A DNA stretch of 64,000 nucleotides from Candidatus Poribacteria bacterium (GCA_965208675.1 OZ242351.1:3360001-3424000); one strand, 5' to 3'; positions 8,238-18,812 are shown, counted from the stretch's first letter. The notes: generated by a model not told the origin, from the sequence alone. Program-made: numbers and translations.

Positions 8238-10205
8238 TCATTTGGCGGTTCTCATCGAGACACCGTGGTTAACCGTGTCAATACGAGCCATGGCGTAAGG
8301 AAGCAAGTTGAGTTCGAGATCTCCATCTGCGGTTCGCAAGCGTTTGCCCAGTTCGGTGAGAAAAGTTTCGGGAGAAACCATCGCCTTTTGAGCGTTAGTC
8401 TCGTTAATTTCGCGCAGTTTGACAGTTGGCGCCAAATTGTGCACCGTGACCCGCTGTGTTTCAGGAGTGAAATTTGCGAGTAGAATTCGCGTCGTTCCAT
8501 TCTTGCGGAGTGCGATGCCATCCATTCTCAAAGTGTCGCTTGATGTTGTTGGTAAAACCCTAGATCCGGCAAACTCTCCCACATCTGCGAACACATGGTA
8601 CGCAGGAAAAACCCAGCCGGGGCCGGATGAAAAATTATCTGGCAACAGTGAACCATCTTCTGTCTCCATCACCCCGCGCCATCCAGTGGTTTCGTAGTAT
8701 GTCACGCTAATCACCCCGCTCTCTGAAAGATACTTGAGGCTTCCCACAGTCCAGCCTGCGCCAAACAGTGACATCTGCCGAACATCCACCGGCGCCGGCA
8801 ATTCGCCGGGCGGAAGTTCAGGTTCAGGTCCGGTAGCATCCGAGTTGAATCGAGCTTTTAGCGTGACCGGCGTGGCGGCGATAGGTAGTCCGCCAACAAA
8901 CTGACGAGCGCTTTCTACGGTCGAGGCTTGTGCTTCGAGTGTTTCCACCAATGAGGCGTTGTCAAAGGCGTGCGCTTGCGGATTGATTGAATAACATACC
9001 AAATCCAGTGCGGACACGGTCGGTCGCCCGCGGTTTAGTTCGGTGAAGAACGCATTTGTGCCCGCGCCAATCATCGCGTCTGCGGCGTAACGTCTGAGGG
9101 ATTTTCTGGCGAGTCTCACCCATTTTTCCGATGTAGATTCTTCCGAAATATGGAAGATTAACCATCTGCAGATGGCCGGTTTGACTGTTTCGAGCACCGC
9201 TTCCAATTGGCCGAGTTCGCGCGCGGCCGCGTCTGAAAGCGTAAGCGCAATTTCCAGCGGTACGTTGAGCGGCTTCGCCTCACGATTAGCCCGCCGCAGC
9301 ACCGAATCGTAATTGGGGTGGGTAAGATTGACATCTACGCGCAGATGCGAAAGGTTTAACTTTTTGAGCCGCTCCAATTCCTTCTGAGTTAGCGGCTTGC
9401 CGTGATGCGCAACGCCAAGCCCGATACGTGGGAGGGGGACATCGGAATCGCTGCTGATGGAGAAGGTAAGCCCTGTATCACGATAGCGTACGGTGCTGCG
9501 GCTATTCCTTAGAGATAGCGTGATTGATTGAGAGATTTTCGTCCCCGCCTCGATTTCGACGGGATAGGGAATGCGCAGCGGCGTGCTATAAGTTTTGTAG
9601 GAGGCGTCTGTCCAATTCCGTTGATCCTCCATCTCGAAGATGTCGCCGTCGAACCGAACCTCTGCGTGGAGATTGGGTACAACTTCATGCGAGATTGCTC
9701 GTACGTCCATGAACGGTTGATGCGGCGAAACGTATTTGGGAAACTCTCCTAGTTCAACCGTACCGTTTACTTTCTCAACACGGCACGGCAAACCCGCACA
9801 CTCACTCATCGGGTGCAGCACACAGATTCCTATTCGGTTCCGCAGGAAGGTCGAGCGCGCCTGACCGTCCATGATGAAGGTGATTGATCCCTGCGCATCT
9901 CCGACGATAGTGCCTTTCCAGAAGAAGTCAATGCCGCCTCGCCTGTTTTCCATGTCGTAGGTAATGTGGAACGCCTCGTTGGTGCGCTCAATCTGGAGGT
10001 TCGTGAGAGCCGATGGCAGCGTGTTCCAGTTATGGTCTCGAACGGCTGCATACACTCGGCGCAGGATTTCGGTATTGCCTAGTCGAATGTAGCGCAAATC
10101 ACCTGCCTCAAAGATTAGCGATAGTGGTCCGGCGCGTAGTGCTGTCCGATCGGGCAGAGGCTCATCTTTTCCGTAATATATTGTACGAGGCGGCAATTGG
10201 TTCAT
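8238..10205 (-). CDS. D-apionate lactonase (ApnL)-like protein
   Basis: LRAGPLS...GDLRYIR, VRD.NW.T and FEMEDQRNWTDASYKTY motifs recalled from the ApnL family; C-terminal TIM-barrel-like region. Confidence 0.65.
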   Translation of the reverse strand: MNQLPPRTIYYGKDEPLPDRTALRAGPLSLIFEAGDLRYIRLGNTEILRRVYAAVRDHNWNTLPSALTNLQIERTNEAFHITYDMENRRGGIDFFWKGTIVGDAQGSITFIMDGQARSTFLRNRIGICVLHPMSECAGLPCRVEKVNGTVELGEFPKYVSPHQPFMDVRAISHEVVPNLHAEVRFDGDIFEMEDQRNWTDASYKTYSTPLRIPYPVEIEAGTKISQSITLSLRNSRSTVRYRDTGLTFSISSDSDVPLPRIGLGVAHHGKPLTQKELERLKKLNLSHLRVDVNLTHPNYDSVLRRANREAKPLNVPLEIALTLSDAAARELGQLEAVLETVKPAICRWLIFHISEESTSEKWVRLARKSLRRYAADAMIGAGTNAFFTELNRGRPTVSALDLVCYSINPQAHAFDNASLVETLEAQASTVESARQFVGGLPIAATPVTLKARFNSDATGPEPELPPGELPAPVDVRQMSLFGAGWTVGSLKYLSESGVISVTYYETTGWRGVMETEDGSLLPDNFSSGPGWVFPAYHVFADVGEFAGSRVLPTTSSDTLRMDGIALRKNGTTRILLANFTPETQRVTVHNLAPTVKLREINETNAQKAMVSPETFLTELGKRLRTADGDLELNLLPYAMARIDTVNHGVSMRTAK

Positions 10206-11254
10206 TGTGACTCTGTTGTTCTCGCTGCATAGCGGCGAAACTTTTCTTGTAAGCGAGGGTGGTCGAGGACTTCACGGTTTACTACGCTGCGCGGAATTCG
10301 CCCCTTTGTGACATCCAAAATACTTAGGCACGCATCGCGCCCCATACTCTGGAAGCACTCGTCTGTCCAGCAGATGGAGTGCGGCGTGACAATGACGTTA
10401 TCCAAAGTCAGGATGGGATGATTTTTGTCTATCGGCTCCTCCTCAAACACATCCAGCCCAGCGCCACGTATACGCCTTGTCCGAAGTGCGTCGGTAAGTG
10501 CGTCCTGATCTATGATGGGTCCGCGGGCAGCATTGATTATGTACGCTGATTTTTTCATCAGTGCAAGCCGTTCTGCATTGATGAGGTGCCGGGTCTCCGG
10601 CGTAAGAGCACAGCAGATGCAAACGAAGTCCGCCGTTTGCAGCAAAGTTTCTAGATTCGTCAGTTCCACACCCGCCCCCGCTGCTTCTGCCGTTTGCACG
10701 TATGGGTCGTATGCCAGGTGGCGCATCCCGAACGGCTGAGCTAAGGCGAATACCTCACGCCCAACATTGCCCAAGCCTACTACACCGAGTGCACGTCCGG
10801 TTAGCCCCATTCCCATAGCATCAATCCGCTCTATCCAGCGTCCGGAACGAGTCAGACGGTCTTTGATGAGCAGCTTATGGCTAAGCGCCAAGATAAAAGC
10901 CATGATGGACGATGCCAGTGGGCGCCGTACGCCATCAGGGGTGATAGTCAGCATCACTCCATTTCGTGTACAAGCTTCCACATCCACAGTGTCGTATCCC
11001 ACGCCAAACCGCGCTACAATCGCCAGTCGGCTGACTCCATGAAAAGTATCAGCAGTGACTCGCCGCCCGAGCAATAACAACCCGTCATAATCCTGCACAT
11101 GGTCTGGCCGCAAGGTCTGCGCGTCCTCCGGCAAAAGTTCAAATGCCACGCCTATCGCGTTATTCAGCAGATTCAGACCCATGTTGTCAAAGCTGAACGT
11201 GCCATCTGGTTTAACAAAGTCTCGGGTGATTCCCACGCGAAATATGTGGCGCAT
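10202..11254 (-). CDS. D-isomer-specific 2-hydroxyacid dehydrogenase (SerA-like)
   Basis: RFGVGYD.VD, GVVGLGNVG, INAARGPIID, GAGLDVFEEEP, TPH; AGGAG RBS favours ATG 11254; ATGA overlap with the downstream gene. Confidence 0.9.
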   Translation of the reverse strand: MRHIFRVGITRDFVKPDGTFSFDNMGLNLLNNAIGVAFELLPEDAQTLRPDHVQDYDGLLLLGRRVTADTFHGVSRLAIVARFGVGYDTVDVEACTRNGVMLTITPDGVRRPLASSIMAFILALSHKLLIKDRLTRSGRWIERIDAMGMGLTGRALGVVGLGNVGREVFALAQPFGMRHLAYDPYVQTAEAAGAGVELTNLETLLQTADFVCICCALTPETRHLINAERLALMKKSAYIINAARGPIIDQDALTDALRTRRIRGAGLDVFEEEPIDKNHPILTLDNVIVTPHSICWTDECFQSMGRDACLSILDVTKGRIPRSVVNREVLDHPRLQEKFRRYAARTTESQ

Positions 11255-11589
11255 TGGTTGCATTCTCCTTGCACGGAGTGGTTCCCCATTATTCAACCTG
11301 AAACACCAAGTATAGCAGAGATTAAACTGGTGGTCAAACGGATTAAATTGTCAAAACCTAGTTCGGCTAGTGCGATGAAAAAGTATAACTTGGTTAAGTA
11401 AGCATCTTTATCAACTCGCTCAATATTTGGGCAGTCGCCTGATGAAATTTTCAGCATGAATCTCCCAGGAAAGTGGGGTGAAGCGCCAAAATTCAATCCT
11501 GCTTCGACACCGCCGCCCATGCGAGGCACCTTGTACGGACATAACATAAACGTAGTAGATGCTTGCAGGGTATATCAGTTATTTCATCA

Positions 11590-11605
11590 TGGCATATTTA
11601 TTGCG
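11590..11605 (+). promoter_or_regulatory. Sigma54 (-24/-12) promoter of amtB-glnK
   Basis: TGGCAT-ATTTA-TTGCG with exact GG-N10-GC spacing, upstream of nitrogen-uptake genes. Confidence 0.8.
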
Positions 11606-11835
11606 TAATTGCCCATGATAGCACAGTCCGTAGATCTTGCGGGAGCGGGGAGGGTTGGTTAAAAACTCGGCTTAACCTATAAATTTAAGCACTAGGAAAC
11701 GTCTTACGTTTGTAAATTCACGATTTGAGGGTGACCATCAGGCACCTCATATTCATATGTAGTTCGCCGCTGTCAAAGCGAAGGATCGTACAAAAAAATA
11801 AAAATCTTGCTTAAAATGAAAGGGGAAACTCCAAA

Positions 11836-13140
11836 ATGAAAAAGTTGCTGATGAGCTGTTCCCGGGTATGGGTTGCCGTTCTGGTTTTCACACTCCTTCT
11901 AAGTGTGAACGCTTTTGCGTTGAACGGTAAGGTGGATGGCGAAGAGATTGACAGTTCAAAGTATATTGCCGACACACTCTGGGTATTGATCGCTGCATTT
12001 CTGGTTTTCTTTATGCAGGCGGGTTTTGCGATGGTCGAAGCCGGATTCACCCGTGCAAAGAATGCTGTCAATATCTTGATGAAAAATTTAATAGATTTCT
12101 CAATGGGCTCGATTGCTTATTGGGCAATCGGATTCGCGATTATGTTCGGCGCTGGCGGATGGTTCATGGGATTTAGCGGATGGTTTGTCCCATCAGAAAC
12201 CGATGCTTTCAGTTCTCTAGAATGGTCGTCTGTTCCGACGCACGCGGCATGGCTGTTTCAACTGGTTTTCGCCGCAACCGCAGCAACCATCGTCTCCGGT
12301 GCGATGGCGGAGCGCACCAAATTCAGGAGCTATTTGGTTTATAGTGTTTTCATCACCGGTATTATCTACCCCATTGTTGGGCATTGGATTTGGGGCGGCG
12401 GCTGGCTCGCCTTAATGGGAGCCATCGTATTGGGAGCGCGTACCGGCAAATTCAATGGTAACGGCAGACCGCGCGTGATTGCAGGGCACAACCTCCCGCT
12501 GGCGGCACTGGGTGTGTTTATTTTGTGGCTGGGTTGGTTCGGATTTAATCCTGGGAGCCAAATGGCGGCGGACGCGAGCGCTATCGCCTTGATCGCGGTT
12601 ACCACAAACATAGCGGCAGCAGCCGGTGCAATCGCTAGCATGATTACCGCTTGGGTACGGCTTGGAAAACCCGATGCCGGTATGGCGCTCAACGGTGCCT
12701 TGGCGGGACTAGTTGCCATTACTGCCCCATGTGCGTTTGTCGAACCGTGGGCAGCAGTGGTAATTGGTGCAATCGCAGGGGTTGTTGTCGTATTCTCAGT
12801 CCTGCTGTTGGAAAGCCTAAAGGTTGATGACCCCGTTGGTGCAATCTCCGTTCACGGTACTTGCGGTGCATTGGGAACGATATTACTTGGTGTGTTCCAC
12901 AACGAACAAGGACTTCTGTACGCGGTAGACAAGGGCGCAGCCTTCAAATTCCTCGGGGTTCAAGCCCTCGGAGTTATCGCTGTTCTTGTGTGGTGCGTGA
13001 TTACAGGATATATCTTGTTTTCCACCATCAAAGTGGTCGTTGGTTTACGCGTTAGCCAAGAAGAAGAGATGGAAGGTCTGGATTTACGTGAACACGGTGC
13101 AAGTGCCTACCCGGACTTTTCGGTATCGTCCATGCGTTAG
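11836..13140 (+). CDS. amtB: Ammonium transporter Amt/AmtB, apparently with an in-frame internal deletion
   Basis: FFMQAGFAMVEAG, FQLVFAATAATIVSGA.AER, LWLGWFGFN.GS, NG.LAGLVAIT, DDPVGAISVHG; the DFAG..VVH segment is missing. Confidence 0.92.
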   Translation: MKKLLMSCSRVWVAVLVFTLLLSVNAFALNGKVDGEEIDSSKYIADTLWVLIAAFLVFFMQAGFAMVEAGFTRAKNAVNILMKNLIDFSMGSIAYWAIGFAIMFGAGGWFMGFSGWFVPSETDAFSSLEWSSVPTHAAWLFQLVFAATAATIVSGAMAERTKFRSYLVYSVFITGIIYPIVGHWIWGGGWLALMGAIVLGARTGKFNGNGRPRVIAGHNLPLAALGVFILWLGWFGFNPGSQMAADASAIALIAVTTNIAAAAGAIASMITAWVRLGKPDAGMALNGALAGLVAITAPCAFVEPWAAVVIGAIAGVVVVFSVLLLESLKVDDPVGAISVHGTCGALGTILLGVFHNEQGLLYAVDKGAAFKFLGVQALGVIAVLVWCVITGYILFSTIKVVVGLRVSQEEEMEGLDLREHGASAYPDFSVSSMR

Positions 13141-13217
13141 CAAAAACATGAATCGTATTGAGGGAATAGGATTATGGCTTGTCATCAATCCTTAAACCTA
13201 GTCCCCTCAATACTTGA

Positions 13218-13592
<375 letters not shown>

Positions 13593-13677
13593 CCTGAATT
13601 TGTTAAATTTTCACATCGCGTTGGTCACAAACAGCACCATAACGTCATAACCAATTCAAGTTTCGACGCAGACAAGT

Positions 13678-13728
13678 AAAAACGTCCATTTGCGGGAGAA
13701 TTATTTTCGCCGATGGACGTTTTTTTTT
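13678..13728. terminator. Probable bidirectional intrinsic terminator between glnK and the convergent peptidase gene
   Basis: AAAAACGTCCAT...ATGGACGTTTTTTTTT hairpin with A and T tracts. Confidence 0.75.
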
Positions 13729-13803
13729 GCAACTGAAAGCGTGGACGCAATAACTCCGCGCCGCGCTTAAAATCGACGCCACGATTGCGGTTGATTGGTG
13801 GTG

Positions 13804-16719
13804 TTAATTGACGAAGATGTCCTCTAGCTTGATTTCAACCACTTTTCCGATAGTTGTCAACTGCTCAATATCCATCTTGTTCTGGTCGCCCACGATAGAA
13901 ATGAGCTTGTGTCGGTTTCGTAAGTGTTCTTTATGAAATTCGAGCATCAGGTCAATCTTGGATTCTTGAATTTGTTCAAATCGCCATTTTCGCGGATCAA
14001 TTGGCACCTCTAGTCGTTCCCATGAACGGACGGCTCCGATAACGTCGCGGAAGCCGAGTTTAGCAGTGCGATAGCGGTTCAGTATGGAGTGGCGCGCCTC
14101 ATCGAAACGTTCCGGCGATTGAGGAAGGTTGTCAATGAGATCAATGAATGCCTTCACAGCTACGGGCGTTTTATCCGCTTGGCAGGCAATATATCCCCAC
14201 ATTGTATTTTGATCGCCTTTGCGGCGGCCGGTTGCGTATCGGGCATGTGTTGCATAAGCGAGCGCGCGGGCTTCGCGCAATTCCTGGAAGACAACCCCCG
14301 CCATCCCGCCGGCAAAGTAGGCGTTGTAAAGTTGGAGTGCTGGATTTTCAGCTTCGTTGTAGTCGTCGCCGCCAAACTCGATATCCACCTGCGACTGCGC
14401 CATCTCTTTTTGAAAGATGAAGATTTCGGTCTTTTCTGGGAGACGGGCTTTAAGAAAATGGTAGGGCGGGGGCGTTTGTAGCGCGCCCCTTATGGAATGG
14501 TGCTTTTTTAGGGCGCTCATCACTTCATCCAGTGATAACGAACCCACATAACTAATGGTGTGTTCGTAGTTCAGGAGATTTTTAATCTCATTGTGAAGTT
14601 CATCTACTGTCAGTCTCTGCACGGCTACACTAGGGAGCATACGCAAATAGCGAGAGTCTTCTCCATAACGATTGTAATGCAGTAGGGCGCGGCGTATGGC
14701 GCGGTGGTTTTTCTTGGCATCTTCACGGTTAATCAAAATAATTCTGATGAGCTCTTCCAAGGTCGTTGCATCAGCGGTTGGATGTTTTAAAAGGTCTAGT
14801 AACTTTTCGAGAGATGCACCGAAATTCTCGTCGAGCCCTGAAATGGTGATTGTCGTTTCGTGGTCGTCAACGTCAATGCTGAAGTCGGTTCCCAGTTTGT
14901 ACCGTTCTTTTTTCAAATCTTCGGCGCTGTACGCTGAAGCGCCAGATTTGTCGAGTAGTTGCGCGGCGATGCTCAACTTGTTATTGTGTCGGCTGCCGAG
15001 GTCAACGGAAATCGTGAAGGAAAACAGGTCGTTGACCGGATTCTGAGCGTAATAGAGTTTGACACCGTCCTGATAGTTCGTGATTTGATAGTCCTTATAC
15101 GAAACAAAGACTGGTTCAATTTCTTTAACCGGCATTGCTAAGATTTGTTTGGCAAAAGCGGACTGTCTAGTAGGATCAATCTCAATGGTGTCGATTTGCG
15201 GTTTTTCGATAGCTGGCACTTCGTGCTGTTCGTCCACACGATAGCCCGCGACATAGCCGCCGCCAAAATATCGGTTGGCAACCGCGGCGAGTTCCTGTTT
15301 TGTTAGTTCTTCCATGCGTGCGATTTCACCGACGGCGTCATCCCAATCCTGAAAAGCCAGAAAAGCATCTCGCATCATCGCGGCCCTTGAACGGTTCGAC
15401 TCCAATTGCGCCTTCTGATGTTTCTTAAAGTCGGTCACAATTGCTGGCACCAACCACGCTTCAAACTCGCCCTTTTTGATTAATTCAATCTGCTCAAGCA
15501 GCAATTTTTCAACCGTTTCGAGAGACTGCCCCTCTTTCGGAATGCCCCACAGATATTGCGCACCATCGTCGTTATCCATGCTAGGATACGAACCCGCTTG
15601 CCGCACTCTCTGCGCCTGATTTAGGTTTAGGTTTATCAAGCCGGCGGTCGCATTATCCAAAATCATGTCAATTAGTTTCAGGGCTTCCGCGTCAGCGTGG
15701 TTGCGGCTCGCTGTCCGGAAGGCTATCAGGACATACTCTTCACCCTCGTACTTTACGGTTACGCGCTCGGCACCCTTCAGCGGCGTTTCTTTCCATTCGT
15801 TCGCTTCAGGCAGCTTTTTTGGCTGCCAACGCGAAAAATGTTCGTCAATCATTCGGATAGTTTCCTCGGCATTGATGTCTCCGGAGATGTGAATTGCCAT
15901 GTTATTGGGCACATAATAGGTATGGTAGAATTCGTACATCTTCTTTAGAGATGGATTCTTCAGGTGTTCGGCGGAGCCGAGGGTTGTCTGTTGCCCGTAA
16001 GGGTGATTTTTATAGAGCAATCGCTTGACGGCTTCGCTAATGATACGGCGTTTATTGTCCATTGACCGGTTCTTTTCCTCATAGACCGTTTCCAACTCGG
16101 TCTGAAAGAGGCGAAAGACCGGTCTAACAAAGCGATCGGATTCAATCATCATCCACTGATGCAGCCGGTTTGCAGGCAGGTCTACCGAATACACGGTCTC
16201 CTCCACCCATGTATGTGCATTGACGCGCCGCCCGCCCATCGCTTTGTACAGCTTGTCAAGTTCGTTGGGGATGCCGTATTGCGCCGCGAGTTGAGATGCC
16301 TGATTAATTTCAGCGTAAATTTCCAAGCGCTTCTCCGAATCAGTTTCTTGGAAATGCGCTTCGTAGAGATCGGTAATTCTGTCTAGATGCAGTTTCTCTT
16401 TTTCGTAGTCGAGCGTGCCAAAATTTCGGGTGCCTTTAAAGAGCATGTGCTCCAGATAGTGGGCGATACCGGTCGCTTCTGCCGGGTCTTGTTTGCTCCC
16501 GGCACGCACAGAAATCTCTGCGTAGAAGCGCGGCTCCTCACTGTTTTCAGTAAGATAAACTGTTAAACCGTTATCCAATTGGTAAATCTGGACCGCCATC
16601 AAATCCGCGGGGTTCGGTTCATTAATGCGCCTATATCCCGCCCAGCTCGTGGATACGGTCAAGCTCAAAATTAAAGCTGAAACAATTATTTTGTACAAAC
16701 CCTGTTTATTGTTATACAT
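13804..16719 (-). CDS. Secreted M16 family (insulinase-like) zinc metallopeptidase
   Basis: Signal peptide; TGIAHYLEHMLFKGT (inverted HxxEH); NAHT..EETVY; V.EE; four-domain length. Confidence 0.92.
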   Translation of the reverse strand: MYNNKQGLYKIIVSALILSLTVSTSWAGYRRINEPNPADLMAVQIYQLDNGLTVYLTENSEEPRFYAEISVRAGSKQDPAEATGIAHYLEHMLFKGTRNFGTLDYEKEKLHLDRITDLYEAHFQETDSEKRLEIYAEINQASQLAAQYGIPNELDKLYKAMGGRRVNAHTWVEETVYSVDLPANRLHQWMMIESDRFVRPVFRLFQTELETVYEEKNRSMDNKRRIISEAVKRLLYKNHPYGQQTTLGSAEHLKNPSLKKMYEFYHTYYVPNNMAIHISGDINAEETIRMIDEHFSRWQPKKLPEANEWKETPLKGAERVTVKYEGEEYVLIAFRTASRNHADAEALKLIDMILDNATAGLINLNLNQAQRVRQAGSYPSMDNDDGAQYLWGIPKEGQSLETVEKLLLEQIELIKKGEFEAWLVPAIVTDFKKHQKAQLESNRSRAAMMRDAFLAFQDWDDAVGEIARMEELTKQELAAVANRYFGGGYVAGYRVDEQHEVPAIEKPQIDTIEIDPTRQSAFAKQILAMPVKEIEPVFVSYKDYQITNYQDGVKLYYAQNPVNDLFSFTISVDLGSRHNNKLSIAAQLLDKSGASAYSAEDLKKERYKLGTDFSIDVDDHETTITISGLDENFGASLEKLLDLLKHPTADATTLEELIRIILINREDAKKNHRAIRRALLHYNRYGEDSRYLRMLPSVAVQRLTVDELHNEIKNLLNYEHTISYVGSLSLDEVMSALKKHHSIRGALQTPPPYHFLKARLPEKTEIFIFQKEMAQSQVDIEFGGDDYNEAENPALQLYNAYFAGGMAGVVFQELREARALAYATHARYATGRRKGDQNTMWGYIACQADKTPVAVKAFIDLIDNLPQSPERFDEARHSILNRYRTAKLGFRDVIGAVRSWERLEVPIDPRKWRFEQIQESKIDLMLEFHKEHLRNRHKLISIVGDQNKMDIEQLTTIGKVVEIKLEDIFVN

Positions 16720-16783
16720 GTTATGAGTTTCCTTCGTCAGGTTTTAAGAAAATCTACACATTGAGTTCTAGCTCTCGACTGTC

Positions 16784-17872
16784 TTAATAAACCCCCACGA
16801 CAACTGTCTCCTGAAGGTCCGAAAGCAAGCGGAGGTTTCGCACGCCGCCCCACGGATATTGATCGATGGGTTCAGACCGTTCGGCTTCGTCTCTTTCCAA
16901 AAAGCGCGGCATAAAAAACTCTCGAGTTAACGTCGTCAACATGACCCGTCCGGTTTCCCCATAATCGACGGGTTCTTCGGGGTTGTCGCGGTTGACCAAT
17001 TCAATCACAGCGCGCGGTTGTGGAGGATAGTAGATAATCGCATAGTTGTCAGCAGGGTCAAACGGTTTGCAGCACGCCAATCCCATCAGTGTGTTCCCGT
17101 AAGTCGGGACGAAATCAATCCCCGGCACCAACTCTTCACGGGCAAAGCGGTGAAACTGGGCATCCATTTCCGTCCCGCCGCAAAATATACCCTTGATTCC
17201 AATCTTTCGCAACGAAATCTTCTCGCATAGCGCTTCAAGGAGTTTGGGAGTCGTAAATAGGCATTGGATATTTTCATGGGCTCTCAAGATATTCAGAGCT
17301 TGATTGATGACATGGTCTTTGTAGGCGTCTAATTCTTGGTACTTCCCGTACTTAATCAACCTATTCACCCATCGCGGGTCCAGATCCACCATAAAACAGA
17401 TGCCGCCGCGGAGTTGAGCCAAATACTCAACAGCAAGGCGCAGCCGTCTCGGCCCGGAAGGCCCCAGCATCAACCAATCGCTCCCTCGTGGAAAACTCCC
17501 ATCGGAAAGGGTTTCACTGAAGATTTCGTAATCAATCTGAAAATCTCGGATGTTGATACGCGATTTAGGGACGCCAGTGGAACCGCCCGTTTCAAAAACG
17601 TACACCGGTTCCTTCGCATACGCTTTTGGAACCCATCGCCGTACTGGCCCGCCGCGCAGCCATTCGTCTTGAAAATGCCCCAGAATCTTTAAGTCATCAT
17701 AACCGCCGATTTCTGTGCGCGGGTCAATATCAAGATTGCGCGCAAATTCTAGCCAAAATGGAGCGCCGGTCTCCGGACTGAAATGCCATTGCACAATTTC
17801 TCGAACGTGGACGTCCAGTTGCCGGCGTGCCGTTGCGATTTTTTGAGATAGAGAAGCCTTTAAGTTTTCCAT
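16784..17872 (-). CDS. EhpF-like / phenylacetate-CoA-ligase-like adenylating enzyme
   Basis: WHFSPETG.PFWL, P-loop FETGGSTGVPKSR, YGNTLMG, GETGRV.LTTLT...F.PRFLERD. Confidence 0.65.
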   Translation of the reverse strand: MENLKASLSQKIATARRQLDVHVREIVQWHFSPETGAPFWLEFARNLDIDPRTEIGGYDDLKILGHFQDEWLRGGPVRRWVPKAYAKEPVYVFETGGSTGVPKSRINIRDFQIDYEIFSETLSDGSFPRGSDWLMLGPSGPRRLRLAVEYLAQLRGGICFMVDLDPRWVNRLIKYGKYQELDAYKDHVINQALNILRAHENIQCLFTTPKLLEALCEKISLRKIGIKGIFCGGTEMDAQFHRFAREELVPGIDFVPTYGNTLMGLACCKPFDPADNYAIIYYPPQPRAVIELVNRDNPEEPVDYGETGRVMLTTLTREFFMPRFLERDEAERSEPIDQYPWGGVRNLRLLSDLQETVVVGVY

Positions 17873-17998
17873 GCCTATCCTTTCTCATATCAATCAACAC
17901 AAGGAGAGATTATATCGATTAGGCAATTAAACCACCTTGCTGGAAAACGCGGAAAATATCATCTCATCCTTGGTTATTTCGACGCTTGGAAGTTTCTA

Positions 17999-18028
17999 TT
18001 GACACTCCATTGATTCGTGTGCTAAACT
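17999..18028 (+). promoter_or_regulatory. Sigma70-type promoter
   Basis: TTGACA-N18-TAAACT with an extended -10 TG. Confidence 0.6.
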
Positions 18029-18161
18029 TGAAAATTGCCTGCGGACGGTCAGTTCCTTGTCGAAGCGTGTCGGTTGATGCGCGATCCCTTTAGCCGTTAT
18101 CACGTGTGGGATTCAGCCAGCGCTCATATCCCCTCTTTGCCGCAGGCTTGAAGGCACTAGA

Positions 18162-18812
18162 ATGCAAAATGAGTTAAAACTATCTGAAGATGAACTTCCA
18201 CTCTTTCCGCTGCACGTTGTGTTGTTTCCCGGTGCTATACTTCCCCTTCACATTTTTGAGCAGAGGTACCGATTGATGATTCAATTCTGCTTGGATAACG
18301 AACGTCCGTTCGGGGTTGTTCTCATCAAGGAAGGGCAGGAAGTTGGAGACCCTGCGGAACCCTTTCTCGTTGGCACATCGGTGGAAATTGTCGAAGTGGA
18401 TCGGCTGCAAGACGGTCGAATGAACCTAATAACCCTTGGAAAGTACCGCTTCGAAGTCTTGGATATTACACAATATGAGCCGTATTTGGTCGGAAAAGTC
18501 AGCGTACCAGATATCGCGGATGTTGAGGCAGACGAAGAACAACAATCGCTTGCGGCGAAAGCCAGCAATCTGTACCAAGACTATGAATCCCTGTTGGAGA
18601 AACTGATACCGGGCTGGGAGAAACCGCAAGACATTCCGTCATCACCGTCCCCATTGTCATACCAGATTGGTGCAAGACTTCAAATCCCTTTGGAAGAAAC
18701 ACAGCAGTTGCTGGAAACGCTGCCAATCGATGAGCTTTTAACTCGCGAAATTGAGATTCTTGAACGAGAGAACCGACAATTAAAAATCAGAATAATTGCT
18801 CAAAGCAACTAA
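18162..18812 (+). CDS. Lon peptidase N-terminal (substrate-binding) domain protein
   Basis: LPLFPL.VVLFPG..LPLHIFEQRY..MI, FGVVLI, VGT, DGR.NL...G..RF. Confidence 0.9.
   Translation: MQNELKLSEDELPLFPLHVVLFPGAILPLHIFEQRYRLMIQFCLDNERPFGVVLIKEGQEVGDPAEPFLVGTSVEIVEVDRLQDGRMNLITLGKYRFEVLDITQYEPYLVGKVSVPDIADVEADEEQQSLAAKASNLYQDYESLLEKLIPGWEKPQDIPSSPSPLSYQIGARLQIPLEETQQLLETLPIDELLTREIEILERENRQLKIRIIAQSN

Noticed and set aside
11720-11792. Glutamine (glnA) riboswitch in the amt leader (CGATT...GAAGGATCG)
   Set aside because: Hairpins are present, but the conserved GGAAGUA E-loop junction is not.
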